Origin: Callorhinchus milii
Taxonomy: Eukaryota
Direction of reading: 5' to 3'
DNA: 64,000 nt
Assembly: GCF_018977255.1 (NCBI RefSeq)
Contig: NW_024704742.1
Coordinates: 89,840,001-89,904,000, forward strand
Shown: positions 1 through 12,311 of the stretch, piece by piece
How positions within the stretch are numbered: position 1 is the stretch's first letter
How the letters are laid out: every line of letters starts with the position of its first letter
Made by a program: the position numbers and the translations under genes
The notes under the pieces: generated by a model
Told to the model about the DNA's origin: nothing
What the model saw: only the letters and a program-made list of their open reading frames with translations
The model's database searches: none

Positions 1-538
1 AATTGAATCCCGTACACTTGCTATTGCTTGGAACCTGAGCCAACAGCTGCAGGCCACCTGCCTCACTCTTAAAAGCAGCATCCAAGATTTACCACAGAAT
101 ATTCAAGTACAGGTCCAGAATATCAATATTTTGGCCAGGGATGTGTACGCTACATTCAAGTCACCTGCTTCCTTCAAAGAACTGACCGAGCAGATCCTCA
201 CCACAAGCAAAGAGCAGCTAACCAAAATGAAGGAGACACTGGATGGAGTAATGGATTACTTGGTCAACAACACGGCCCTGAATTGGCTAGTAGGTCCCTT
301 TTACCCACAACTGGGTGAATCCCAGCACCCTGAGCAGGGGGAAGAGCAGACAAAGTCCACAGAAGGGCAAACAAAGTCCACAGAAGAGGAGATGAAGGCT
401 ACGGAAAGGGAGCCTGAGGCCATGGAAAGGAAGACTGAGGCTGTAGAAGGGGAGACTAAGTCCACGGAAGTAGAAGCTGAGGCCACAGAAGGGGACACGG
501 ACGCCACTAAGGAAGAAAATGAAATTCATCAGTCTTAA
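1..538 (+). CDS. PLIN2: Perilipin-2, last coding exon (5'-truncated by window edge)
   Basis: Frame 2 reads [20 protein letters not shown]...[30 protein letters not shown]. This matches the PLIN2 C-terminal helix bundle and the NWLVGPF motif. Stop TAA at 536-538. Syntenic with HAUS6. Confidence 0.93.
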   Translation, partial: IESRTLAIAWNLSQQLQATCLTLKSSIQDLPQNIQVQVQNINILARDVYATFKSPASFKELTEQILTTSKEQLTKMKETLDGVMDYLVNNTALNWLVGPFYPQLGESQHPEQGEEQTKSTEGQTKSTEEEMKATEREPEAMERKTEAVEGETKSTEVEAEATEGDTDATKEENEIHQS

Positions 539-771
539 GTTTGTGTGATGCCTGATTCTGTTTCATTTTATAACTGTTCACATCATTGCCTTTGCTCTTG
601 TGTTTAATTTTTTTTACTTTGAAAGATGGGAAGAATGACCATTTAGATTGCTGTAATACAGGAATGGTATTACTCGGATTTGATTACTTTCACGGCTAAT
701 TTAGTCCCAGTGTGGTATTCCTCTTGCTTTAGACTGCTTTTTAAGTTTGTATTTCATATTCATATGCACTT

Positions 772-777
772 AATAAA
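772..777 (+). promoter_or_regulatory. Probable PLIN2 polyadenylation signal
   Basis: First AATAAA after the stop, in an AT-rich 3'UTR, followed by GT-rich sequence. Confidence 0.55.
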
Positions 778-2034
778 TACTTCAAGAGCAATCTGACCAT
801 GTGGATGTCTTGATGTTCAAAACTTCAATCTAACTCTTTTAAATGTTTCTTCTACAATCAGGTAATTTGCATTTAAGTAAAGAACTAGATTGTATTGAAG
901 CATCTGAGGCCTGAAATTCTTCTTGGTCTCTAATATTTTCTAAATTAAAATTGCAAATGCACAAATAAAGGAAATGTCTTAACTTTGGGAGCTAGTTCTT
1001 TAAAGTACTACATAAACCTGTCCTGAATTAACACGAAATGAAAGAATTTTACAGAATTCTGCACAATCTTTGGTTAAACCACACACTAAAACTAAGTAGC
1101 TGTGAGCCTCTGGAGATGTGGCTACACTTGGAAAGAAATTTGCTACAATTTTGGTTCAACTGCTCTTTGACCATTTTACATCAAATGTTGGAGCATCCTA
1201 CACAACTTGAGAAAGAAACCAAGCTTTAATAAACTGATCCTGTTATGCACAACACCAGGATTATCAATATGATATGAGCTGTTGGATTTATATCACCAAC
1301 TTCACATGAATCTCACTCTGATCTCACTTTAGCTTGAGCATCTGTGAATGTCTGTGATAGATACTATGCACATTGCAGAGCAATGCTGCACTGAGCCCTG
1401 ACTGATCTTGTAAGTGAATCTACTCGATTAATTTCCATGATGCTTTCCTCCTGCCATCATGCTCACTTAGGTAGGTGGAATAAACCTCAGGTGGAGGGAT
1501 CAAGGTGTCCCCCACATTGGAGCTCTCTAGTTCTAATCCCATGTTGCTTCTCTTTCTACATGCCCTTTAACATCAGTTTTCCTCAACTTTTTGTCCCAAT
1601 ATTGTTTTAAAACCTGCTTCATACTCTGCGGAAGACACATCCGTAGTCAGTTATTCTACATTCTAATAACCCTCAAAGAAAATCTAACCTCTATTTTCCT
1701 TATGATTGTGGTCTTAATTTATATCCTGTTACACATTTGTTGATCAGTGGAAAGAGTAGAGTGGGAGTAAAGCTCTAGATAAAAAAATCACTCAAAACAG
1801 GAGAAAATTACATATGGACACAGGGGTCACGCGTTAGGATGCCTCAAGAATTGGTTGTGAGAGGACTGTTTATAATATATCTAATGTGGGTGAGTGAGTG
1901 GGGGGGGGGGGAGATAACAAGAGCAGGTGAGTGAGGGGGTTGAGCCTGGCAGATGAGCCTGACCCCTCCTCCCCATAGCTTAGTGAGGGTGGGAGGGGGG
2001 ACCTGGTAGCCTGACACACACATACTCCCAGCAG

Positions 2035-2173
2035 TGAAACACTGCTGTGCGCAACTGACTGCTGTGGTTCTCCCACAAAATACAGTCACTTTACAGTATA
2101 TCTTGTGAAGGGTTTTGAGACGCTTGGAAGAAGTAATAAAGTGCTGTATCAAATGCAAGGATTATTATTATTA
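2035..2173 (+). mobile_element. Deu-domain SINE 3' fragment
   Basis: ctgctgtgcgcaa...tatcaaatgcaaggattattatta tail is shared with the full SINE copies in this window. Confidence 0.7.
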
Positions 2174-3010
2174 ATACAGTACAGAACCCAGCTCTTGTTG
2201 CTGCAGGAAGAGCCTTTGCACCTCCGCAGAGGTGGGAGTCTCGAGATGTCCTTTCCTGGAGGTTCTGCTGCCCTTTACTGGTCCCCACTCCGCCATTCTT
2301 TATCTACAGGATGGTGAGCCACCGTCTCACTGTTATGATATTTCAAATCCACGCGACTAAGCAGTTGAAGTTGTATTAAGTTTGAAAAAGTACTTTGGTG
2401 AAAAATTTGGCAAGGACACCACCTGTTGGCCACAATAAGCAGTAACTAATAGTTATAGGAACATAGGAATTAGGAGCAAGAATAGGCCATTCAACCTTTC
2501 AAGCCTGCCCGCCATTCAATAAGATAATGGCTGATCTGCTAACTTAACTCCATCTGCCCGCCTTATCTCCATATTCCTTAATCCCTCTATCCTTGAGAAA
2601 TCTATCAATCTCAGTCTTGAATATTTCAAGGACTGAGCATCTACAGCCTTCTGGGGTAGAGCATTCCATAAATTCACTACCCTCTGAGTGAAGAAGTGTT
2701 TTTTCAACTCTGTCTGAAAGGGCTGACCCTTAATCTTCAGACTGTAACCCCTAGTTATAGATTCTCCTTCCAGGGGAAACAGTCTCACACTGTCTACTCT
2801 GTCAAGCCCAATAAGAATCTTATATGTTTCTATAAGATCACTGCTAATTCTTCTATATTCTAGAGAATATAGGCCTAGTTTACTCAACCTATCCTCATAG
2901 GTCAACCCCCTCATCCCAAGAACGAACCTAGTGAATCTACACTGCACCCCCTCTAAGGTGAGTATGTTTGTTCTTAAATAAGGAGACCAAAACTGCATAC
3001 AATATTCTAG

Positions 3011-3288
3011 GACAAAACACAAAATACTGCAGATGCTGGAATCTGAAACAAAAACAGAGAGCTGGGAAAACTCAGCAGGTCAGGCAGCATCTATGGAGAA
3101 AGGAAAGTAAGTCAACGTTTTGGGTCCACGACCCTTCATCAGAACTGGGGCATGTTGGGAGGGAGAGGTTTTTAAGGACAAGTTGAGAGGGGGAGGCAGA
3201 ACAAGACGACAAAGAATACAAAATAGAAGACAAAGGAGAGAATGTGTTAGTTGATGGGTTAAAGAGGTGATAGTGCCATAAAACAAAA
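3011..3288 (-). mobile_element. Penelope-like element terminal fragment nested in CR1
   Basis: Interrupts the CR1 RT region. Reverse-complement homolog of 28735-28875. Contains a hammerhead-like core on the minus strand (3110-3146). Confidence 0.65.
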
Positions 3289-5370
3289 CTCTTGTATTCT
3301 AACCCTTTTGCAATAAATGCCAACACACCATTAGCCTTCCTAGTTGCTTGCTGTACCTGCATACTAACTTTATGTGACTGGTGTACCAAAATCCCTCTGA
3401 ACACTAACACTATCTAGTTTCTCCCCTTCTAGAAAATAATCTGATTTTCTACCAAGGTGAATAACTTCACACTTCCCCATATTATATTCCGTCTGCCACC
3501 TTCTTGCCCACTCACCTAGCCTATCTATATTCCTTTGCAATCTTTTTGTGTCATCCTCAGAGCTTACTCTCCCACCTAGCTTAGTATCATCTGTGAATTT
3601 AGATATTTTAAGTTCCATGTCCTCGTCTAGATCATTGATATAGATTGTAAATAGTTGAGGCCCAAGCACTGATCCTTGTGGCACTCCACTAGTAACATCC
3701 TGCCAATGTGAGAAGGACCCGTTTATCCCTACTCTCTGTTTTCTACCCGTTAGCCACTTTTCGATCCATGCTAATATACTGCCTTTAATTCCATGGGCCC
3801 TAATCTTGTGTAGCAGCCTTTTATGTGGCACCTTGTCGAATGCCTTCTGAAAATCTAAATATATTACATCTACTGGATTCCCCCCTATCTAACCTACTAG
3901 TTACATCCTCAAAAAACTCTAAAAGATTTGTTAAGCATGACTTCCCTTTTGTAAAGCCATGTTGACTCTGCCTAATCATGTTATGGTCTTCTAAGTACCC
4001 CACTACGACATCCCTAATTAAGGATTCTGGAATTTTCCCTACCACCGATGACAGACTAACTGGTCTATAGATCTCCATCTTCTCTCTCAAACCCTTCTTA
4101 AATAGTGGTGTTACGTTTGCGATCTTCCAATCAATGGGAACCGTTCCAGAATCCAGAGAATTTTGGAAGATCAAATACAAGGCATCCACTATCTCTGCAG
4201 CCATCTCTTTTAAAATCCTAGGAAGCAGGCCATCAGGTCCAGGGGATTTGTCATTTTTCATCCCAACAGTTTTACTAGTACTAATTCTTTACTTATGTTA
4301 ATTTCCCTAGGTTGCTCACTAACATTGGCTTCTTGGTTCCCCCTCTATATTTGGTAAGTTTTCAGTCTTCTAACTTGAAGACAGAAGCTAAGTATTTATT
4401 TAATGATTCTGCCATGTCTTTATCCCCCATTATAATTCCTCCTGTCTCTGCCTGTAATGGACCCACATTCACTTTTGCTAGTCTTCCTCTTTATGTAATT
4501 GTAAAAACTCTTACAGGCTGTCTTTATGTACCTAGCTAATTTGGCCTCATAATCCATTTTCTCCGTCCTAATCAGTTTCTTAGATTTTCTTTGTTAGTCT
4601 CTGAAGCCCTCCCAATCCTCGGATTTACTGCTCTTTTTGGCAGTATTATAGGTCTCTTCGTTTAATTTTATACTTTCCCTAACTGCTCTAGTTAGCCATG
4701 TTTGAACCATGGTATTTTTATTCCTCAAGGAAATATGTGACTTCCCCAGTCTATTTTAGCTAAATCCTCTCTCATACCCGCAAAGTTGGCTTTATTTAAA
4801 TTTAAGACACTGGCTTCGGACTTAACTACATCACTCTCTAACTTAATGCTAAATTCTATCAGGTTATGGTCACTCTGCCCAAGAGGAACCTTAACTTCCA
4901 GATTGCTGATTAGCCATATTTCATTACATAAAACAAGATCTAGGATAGCCTGTTCCCTGGTTGGTTCCTCAGCAAACTGATCTAGAAAATTATCTCTAAT
5001 GCATTCTATAAACTCCTCCTCTAACTTACTTTTGCCAATTCAGTTTTCCCAATCTATATGAAGATTAAAATCACCCACAATTAGTGTATTTCCTTTGCTA
5101 CATGCTCCTTTCATTTCCTGGTTAAAACTCTGTGCAATACTGTGACTGCTGTTTGGGGGTCTATAAATTACTCCCACTAATGTTTTCTGCTCCTTGTTAT
5201 TTCGTAATTCCACCCCTACTGGCTCTACATCTTGATTTTTTGATTTAAAATCCTTCCTCTCTACTGTTTTTATCCCATCCTTTATTAGCGGGGCTACGCC
5301 CCACCTCATTTTCCATGTTGCCTATCTTTCCTATATGCCGAATACCCCGGAATATTTAGCTCCCACCCTT

Positions 5371-5615
5371 TTTACTCCTGCTCCTACATGTTATGTTATA
5401 GGGATTAAGGGATATGGGGATAAGGCAAGGTTAGGTTATTAGCTGGAGTTAGATTAGAAGATCAACCATGATTGAATGGCGGGCCAGGCTCGAAGGGCCG
5501 AATGGCCTACTCCTGCTCCTACATGTTATGTTATGTTATGTTATGTTATGTTATGTTATGTTATGTTATGTTATGTTATGTTATGTTATGTTATGTTATG
5601 TTATGTTATGTTATG
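5371..5615 (+). mobile_element. CR1 3' tail / CR1-dependent short element with (TTATG)n tail, nested antisense in the large CR1
   Basis: gatcaaccatgattgaatggcggg...gggccgaatggcctactcctgctcct is followed by about 18 TTATG units and splits the endonuclease domain. Confidence 0.75.
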
Positions 5616-7159
5616 TTTGATCTCCCAGTAACCATGTCTCAGTAATGGCTACTAGATCATACCTGTTTGTTTCTATTTGTACCATTAATTTGTCTATCTT
5701 ATTACGAATGCTTCTTGCATTCAGATATAGCACCTTTAATTTTGACTTCTTGCTATTTCCCCTACTCGCTAATGCTCTACTTTCTTTTCTGAACTTCTTG
5801 TCCCTCCTTGATACCCTCTCCCTCACTAATCTGCTCTACCACCTTCATCGTTCTTAGTTGTACTAACTGTAACTGTAGCCTTCCCTCTCCCCCCCCCCCC
5901 CTTAGTAGTTTAAAGCTCTGTCTACCTCCCTATTTATTCGTTTTGCCAGGACATTGGTCCCAGCCTGGTTTAGATGGAATATGGAATCTCTATGGAATAA
6001 CTCCCTCTTAGCCCAATACTGGTACCAGTGGCCCATAAAATGAAACCCCTGCCCTCTGCACCACTCTTTCATCCACTCATTTAATTCTTTAATTTGTTTG
6101 TGCCTGTACCAATTTGCACATGGCTCAGGCAATAATCCCAATATTATTACCTTGGAAGTTCTACTTTTTCATTTCATTCCCAATTCCTTAAACTCACTCC
6201 TCAAGTCGTCCCTATTATTCCTACCAATATCGTTGATACCTATGTGAATTACCACAATTGGATCCTCCCACTCCTGCCACAAATTCTTCTCCAGCCCTGA
6301 AAAGACGTCCTCCACCCTGGCCCCAGGAAGGCAACAGAGCCTTTGGGTCTGCAAAGAAGTTTGTCTGTCCTCCTGACTGTCTTGTTCCCAATTACAACTA
6401 AATTCCATCTATATCCCCCCACTTGTGTGGCCTCCTATATAGATGTGTTGGAGTCAGTTTGCCCATTCTCCTCACAGGCTTCCTTGTCCACATAAGTTGC
6501 AAGTATCTCGTATCTGTTGGACAAGATTGAAGCCTGGGGCTTCTCCGCCATTCTCCCTGGGGTCCCCGTACTTGCTTGATTGTCAGTCACCCTGTCCTGT
6601 CCCTGACTAGTAACGTAATCTATATGTTCCCTAAGCCTCAGGGAAGTGACTGGCTCCAGGATGAAACTATCCAGGAAGCTCTCACTTTCCCGAATACTGC
6701 GCAATGCCTGCACCTCAGATTCCAGCTCAGCTACTTTGAACTGGAGCTTCCTCAGTTGCAGACATTTGCTGCAGATGAAGTCACCCGTGCTCAGGTTGCC
6801 CTCCACCAACTCCCACATACTGAATTTTTTTAAAAAAATTGAATTTTTTTTTGTTTTTTTGTTAATTTTTAATTACTGTTTTTTGACATGTAACTCTGAT
6901 AAATTGAATCCCTCCTACCAAAATTTGAGGTTTATTGAGGTTTTGTGCAGAGAAAGCATTGGTTGAATATTGACTCTCTAGGGTTTTGTGGCGAGGGTGT
7001 TTAGTCCTCAAACCATTCCAATTGTTCACCTCGAGGTAAGGTATTTGAACAGAGACAAAATGCATTAAACTAGATATTATTTATTGTTAACCAAAACGAT
7101 GGTTATACTAGGTATAAAACACATAAAACTGCGGAAGATGATTCAGGGCGCGGTTTACT

Positions 7160-8425
7160 TAAGATTCTTACCCTGGGAGACCTTTTCTTGTCCACTGGTT
7201 CATTTCCCACCCCTCTAAAAACAGCCGTCATCACGGCTTCACTCAATCTTCGCAGACCTGCCTTGTCTGGTTTGATTTCTATCTCTCTCACCGTTTCCAC
7301 TTTGTTGCCTCTAACGGTTTCTCCTCCAGTCCCCGCACTGTCACGTCTGGCGTCCCCCAGGGCTCTGTCCTTGGCGCTCTCCTCTTATATGCTCTATATA
7401 TGCTCCCTCTTGGTGACATCATCCGCAGACATGGGGTCAACTTCCACATGTATGCGGATAACACCCAACTCTATCTTTCTGCCTCGACCCTCAACTCCAG
7501 GGCCACTGCTGTCCTGACAGACTGCCTGTTGGACATCAAGTCCTGGATGAGGGCAAATTTCCTACAGTTGAATGTGAACAAGACTGAGGCTCTCCTGATT
7601 GGCTCACGCCAGCGCCTCTGCACCTCAGGCTCTGGCAACATCAACCTACATGGTTGCTCACTACAACTCACCAAACCAGTCAGGAACCTCGGTGTCTTGT
7701 TTGACCCTCAACTGTCTTTTCTCCCCCACATTCAAGCCATGACCCGGTCGACCTTCCTTCACCTCCGTAACATCGCCCAACTCCGCCACTACCTCACCCC
7801 TCAGGCCGCTGAAACTCTTGTTCATGACTTCATCACCTCCAGGTTCGACTATGCAAATGCCCTGCTTGTCAGCCTTCCCAACTCCTCCCTCCACAGGCTG
7901 CAGATAATCCAGAACTCTGCAGCCCGCGTCCTCTCCCGCACAAAACTCCGTGACCCCATCTCCCCCACTCTCGCCTGATTCCATTGGCTCCCTAACCTTC
8001 AGAGGATTCAGTTCAAGATCCTGGTCCTCACATACAAAGCCCTCCATGGCCTCGCCCCACCCTACCTCTGCAACCTCCTAACCCCCTACCAACCCGCCCG
8101 CTCCCTCTGCTCAACCGGCTCTGGCTTGTTCCATGTCCCCCGACCCACCCGCCCCACCATTGGCGGGAGAGCCTTCAGCCACTCTACCCCCAACCTCTGG
8201 AAATCCAATCCCCAATCACTCCACCTCGCCCCCTCCTTAGCCTCCTTCAAGTCCCACCTCAAGACCCTCCTCTTCGATCATGCTATTGGCCACCCCCCTT
8301 CCCTTCCTCTCCCTTCTCCCCACCCTGACCCCAGCTCAGTTCTGAAATGCTGTACACTGTCCTCCTTGGGACATCCTCCTGACGTGAAAGGCGTTATACA
8401 AATGTAATCTTATTGTTGTTGTTGT
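7160..8425 (+). mobile_element. L2-clade LINE, 5'-truncated (RT C-terminal half + 3'UTR)
   Basis: [54 protein letters not shown]. Ends gacgtgaaaggcgttatacaaatg...(ttg)n. Confidence 0.88.
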
Positions 8426-9685
8426 AGTTCTTAGCTTAGGCATGTCGCTCCTCTTCCACAGCCACGATCTCTGCCTTGCCGTTGCTCACTCAAGCCTTTT
8501 TAACCCCTTTTTTCCATCCTACGCTGATTATTTGTGAGTCTTTCATTAACCATATAAGAACTTGTTTTTTCTGCCCAGTTTCAGCCAGTTCATTGTGTTT
8601 AATCCAGTTAACACCTTGCCTTTTGTTATGGCAAGTTGACGTTAAACATTGCCTTTGCAAATTGGTGTATGCATGTCTGAGTCATTTGATTTGATGGTTT
8701 TCCATTTTGGGGCTTCGGCAGTTTACAAGTCTATGTGACATAATTAAGATGATCAAAAATCTGTATTCTACTCTAAATATATATATAGATATCGATATCG
8801 GCCAAATTGTGCCTGTTTAAATTCATAATAGGGTTTAGAAGTAAAACAGGGGAATTCTACCCTATTTTGGACATTGACACCATTCAGATTAGACCTATAG
8901 ACCTGCTTCTGGGAGTTTTAATACTGAATACGTTTTGCCAATTTTTTTCTTAGAGTTCATCTTGAATATGAAATGTGATTGGCCACAAATGTGCCTCTTT
9001 TAAAAATGTTTCTTGTGCACAACACTGCAAATTACATTATGCTGCCATCGAAATGTGGGCAACAGTAATGACAATCAGTAAATTAGAAACATTGCCTTTC
9101 TCTTGGCTGGGAGAACTTACACTGAGTGCCACAGAATGAGAGAATGTAGGTCCAGGTTCCCAACACTGCTCAGTTTTGTATCCGAGACGCGACAAATGTG
9201 AGACACATTGAGTGGAAGCTGCAGTGGCTCTCAGCATGGGGAGAGAAAGTTAGAGGGAAGTCTAGCCTGAGCAGCAGCAACCAGACAGATTGAGGTTTAG
9301 GAAATCATAGGAGATGTTTGTGTAGGTGCACTGCGGAGAATGGGCATTGTGCGCTTAGTGGAGAGGGGCAATAATTGATATTAAACTAGAAAGCATTGTC
9401 TTTCACTTATCTTTCTCTTACCTTTCCCCACAAGGTTATCTAAAAAAGGTATGATAGAGGTTGATGATAACTATATCACTAGTAGGATTTGCTTTGCAGC
9501 AAGGATAAAATAACAAGGCTTGATTTTTATTCTATTAAACTTTTCATTCCAATGCGACTTTTAGGAACTAGTGAAAAGAAGTCTGGTTCAGTTTAAATGT
9601 GCATGTTTTCACCTGTCAAAAAAAGCTTGGCAAAAGTGAACCATCCTGGTTAATAGATCATCTACCCCACATCTGTGCCATGAAC

Positions 9686-10359
9686 TGCTCTGCCTTCCTC
9701 CACCTCTGCAACATCGCCCAGCTCTGCCCAGCTCTGCAAATGTCTCACACCACAGGCCGCCGAAAACCTCATACATGCTTTCATTACATCGAGGCTTGAC
9801 TATGCAAACTCCCTGCTTGTCGGCCTCCCCAACTCCTCCCTCCACAGGCTGCAGATCATCCAGAACTCCGCAGCCCGTATCCTCTCCCGCACTAGGCTCC
9901 GTGACTTGTCACCCCCATCCTTGCCCAACTTCACTGGCTTCCCATCACACACAGGATAGAGTTCAAGATCCTGGTCCTCATCTTCAAAGGCCTTGCTACC
10001 ACCTACCTCAGCGACCTCCTAACCCCCTACCATCCTGTTTGCTCCCTCTGCTCAGAGGGCTCTGGCCTGCTTGATGTCCCCCACCTCACCCCACTATTGT
10101 CGGGTGGGCCTTCTTCCACTCTGCCCCCACCCTCTGGAACTCCATTCCGTAGTCCCTCCGCCTCACCCCCTCCCTTGTCTCCTTCAAGACCCATCTCAAG
10201 ATAATCCTTTTTGACCGTGCTTTTGATCACCCTCCTTCCCCCCCCCATCCTCCACCCTCCCTGACCCCGACCCCCAGCTCGAGAAACACTGACTGTCCAG
10301 CGCCTTGGGACGTCTTCCCGACGTGAAAAGCCCTATACAAATTTAATTTTGTTGTTGTA
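9686..10359 (+). mobile_element. L2 LINE 3' fragment
   Basis: Homologous to 7750-8425, with the same 3' tail. Confidence 0.85.
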
Positions 10360-10832
10360 ATATTTTAAGAGAATATTGATATATCGACACTTCTTGTCCT
10401 TTTGGTTAATATCAAGTTCTTATCAGTTACTGTGCATTTCCTGGTAGTGAGCACTTGGTGATCACCTTCGAGGTCTCAGATAATTATGGCCATCCTCATT
10501 CTGAGCCTTGTAATCCAGGATTGAAGAAGAGAGCTTGCGTTTTTTATAGTGACTGATCACATTGAATGCCTCACTGTGCTAATGCAAGTAACTGTTGACA
10601 TTTTTTGTGTGTGGACATATCAAGTAGGTTACTGGGAAGGGAAGTATCTTATAGGTCATGGGCTTCTTCAAGAAACAACCGCTGGGAATATTGCAGATTG
10701 GGCACATGGAAGAAAAAGACAAGATTTTTTTTCCTTTTTTTGTGCAAAAGTGTTTGCAATTGCTTTTCTAATATTAATAATACTAATAGTCTGCTAGTGT
10801 TTTACTTCACGCTGGGGGACAGTGCATGAGCA

Positions 10833-11155
10833 TTAATAATAATAATAATCCTTGTATTTGATATAGCGCTTTTCACGTCGGGAGGACGTCCCAAAGAGCT
10901 TCACAGAATATACTGTAAAGTGAATTGACTGTATATTTGTGGGCGAACGCGGCAGCCAATTGCGCACAGCAATGTCCCACAAACAGTCGTGGATTGAAAA
11001 TGACCAATTTATTATTGTTTTTGGTTTTGGAGGGATTATTATTAGGCTCTGTGTGGAGTAAGGAAACTTGCCCAAGGTTTCGCCCTCTGCCTGGAATTGA
11101 ACTCAGGTCTCTCACTTGCAAAGCGAATGCTCTAACCACTGAGCTACAGGACTCC
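10833..11155 (-). mobile_element. tRNA-derived Deu-domain SINE (full length)
   Basis: Minus strand reads ggagtcctgtagctcagtggttagagc (A box) ... gagttcaattcc (B box), then body and (TTA)n tail. Confidence 0.85.
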
Positions 11156-11221
11156 ATTGTATTTTGATGGTGGGGGGTGGGGGCGTTGTAATCATAATAA
11201 TAATAAATTATAATTATAATA

Positions 11222-11375
11222 ATCCACGACTGTTTGCGGGACATTGCTGTGTGCAATTGGCTGCCGCGTTCGCCCACAAATATACGGTCAATTCACTTTA
11301 CAGTCTATTCTGTGAAGCGCTTTGAGACGTCTTGAATATGTGATAAGGCGCTGCATCAAATGGAAGTATTATTAA
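11222..11375 (+). mobile_element. Deu-domain SINE 3' half
   Basis: Same family as 10833-11155, in opposite orientation. Confidence 0.75.
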
Positions 11376-11441
11376 TCAAATGCATTATTTTTCCCTCCAT
11401 TAGGATCTGCCTTCCTGCCCGGGCGTTTATTTATCTCACAG

Positions 11442-11840
11442 CCAATCAGAAGTAAGAATAACGGCAGCCAACGAGAGGATCAGGGCCATCAGCCAATCAC
11501 AGACCAATACTCCCCAGCAGCGATGAACCAATCAGAGAGAGAGAGAGAGGGGAGGGGGGAGTCACGCTATCCAATCAGAGAGCGGAGACCGCGGTGGCAG
11601 GACTGTCAGCCAATGGGGTGTGGGAGGGAAATCAGGTTGACAGCCAATGGGAGGTGCTGGCGGTGGAGAGGCGAGGTGGGGTGGGGAGTGCGAGGGGTGG
11701 GAGCGAGAGAGCAGCCAATGGGTGGAGTTGGCGGGGATCGGCGCGCGCTGCAGTTTAAAACGGCGCGGAGGTCGGGCGCGCGGGGTGGCGGTTGGTAGTG
11801 TTTTTTTTCCCCCATAGAAAAGAAAGTGAAATGGCGGCGG
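11442..11840 (+). promoter_or_regulatory. HAUS6 CpG-island promoter: 8 CCAAT boxes, CHR-like TTTAAA, YY1-like motif
   Basis: CCAAT at 11442, 11493, 11504, 11528, 11571, 11610, 11644 and 11715, all in one orientation. GGCGCGCG then TTTAAA at 11754-11759. AAATGGCGGC at 11829-11838. CpG-rich through about 12270. Confidence 0.75.
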
Positions 11841-12101
11841 CGGACGGCACGAACTGATGTCAGTGGAGGATAAACTTTAGTGCGGATTTCTGTAGATATA
11901 TATATATATATTAAAAAAAAGGGAGCAACGGCCTGGGTCGGCCTCACCTCACCCTCACACCCCCTCACCCTCACACACACACACACACACACACACGCGC
12001 GCAGTGAGAGGAGGAGAGCAGCGGCTTCACCGTTTTAGTTTCGTTAAAATCCAGCCTCGGGGACCGTCGTCTCTGAGGCAACAACGAAACCGACGGCGCA
12101 A

Positions 12102-12250
12102 ATGGAGGCGGCGGCGACGAGCGGCGCGAAGGAGCGGCTGTGGAGCGCGCTGCTGGCCCTGGGCTTCAGCGCCCCGGAGGAGGCGGGCAGACTGCCGGCG
12201 GTGCCCAGGGGCGGCGTGTGGAGGGGCAGCTCCCGGACCGTGTTCGGCAA
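12102..12250 (+). CDS. HAUS6: HAUS augmin-like complex subunit 6, exon 1
   Basis: MEAAATSGAKERLWSALLALGF..., comparable to the KEHLWMYLQALGF motif. Donor GTGAGT at 12251, phase 2. Confidence 0.88.
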
Positions 12251-12279
12251 GTGAGTCCCCGGGAGTTGGAGCAGTTACT

Positions 12280-12311
<32 letters not shown>

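Larger units (their letters stand above)
2455..6830 (-). mobile_element. Near full-length decayed CR1 LINE (ORF1 Zn-finger/leucine zipper + SGNH esterase; ORF2 APE endonuclease + RT)
   Basis: ORF1 fragments: MWE..FICSKCLQL, CCLPGARVEDV, VVIHIGINDI. Endonuclease: [61 protein letters not shown]1 C-terminus: FTQRVVNLWNALP. Many stops and frameshifts, plus two nested insertions. Confidence 0.9.

Noticed and set aside
5523..5615. Regular short repeats as a CRISPR-like array
   Set aside because: It is a pure (TTATG)n microsatellite with no spacers, in a vertebrate context.
2516..7978. RT and endonuclease ORFs as functional genes or a retron-like system
   Set aside because: They are fragmented by stops and frameshifts, and are ordinary decayed CR1 and L2 LINEs.
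12044..12250. Minus-strand ORF starting MPNT, reminiscent of the RRAGA N-terminus
   Set aside because: It has a TTG start and no GTPase motifs, and is simply antisense to HAUS6 exon 1.
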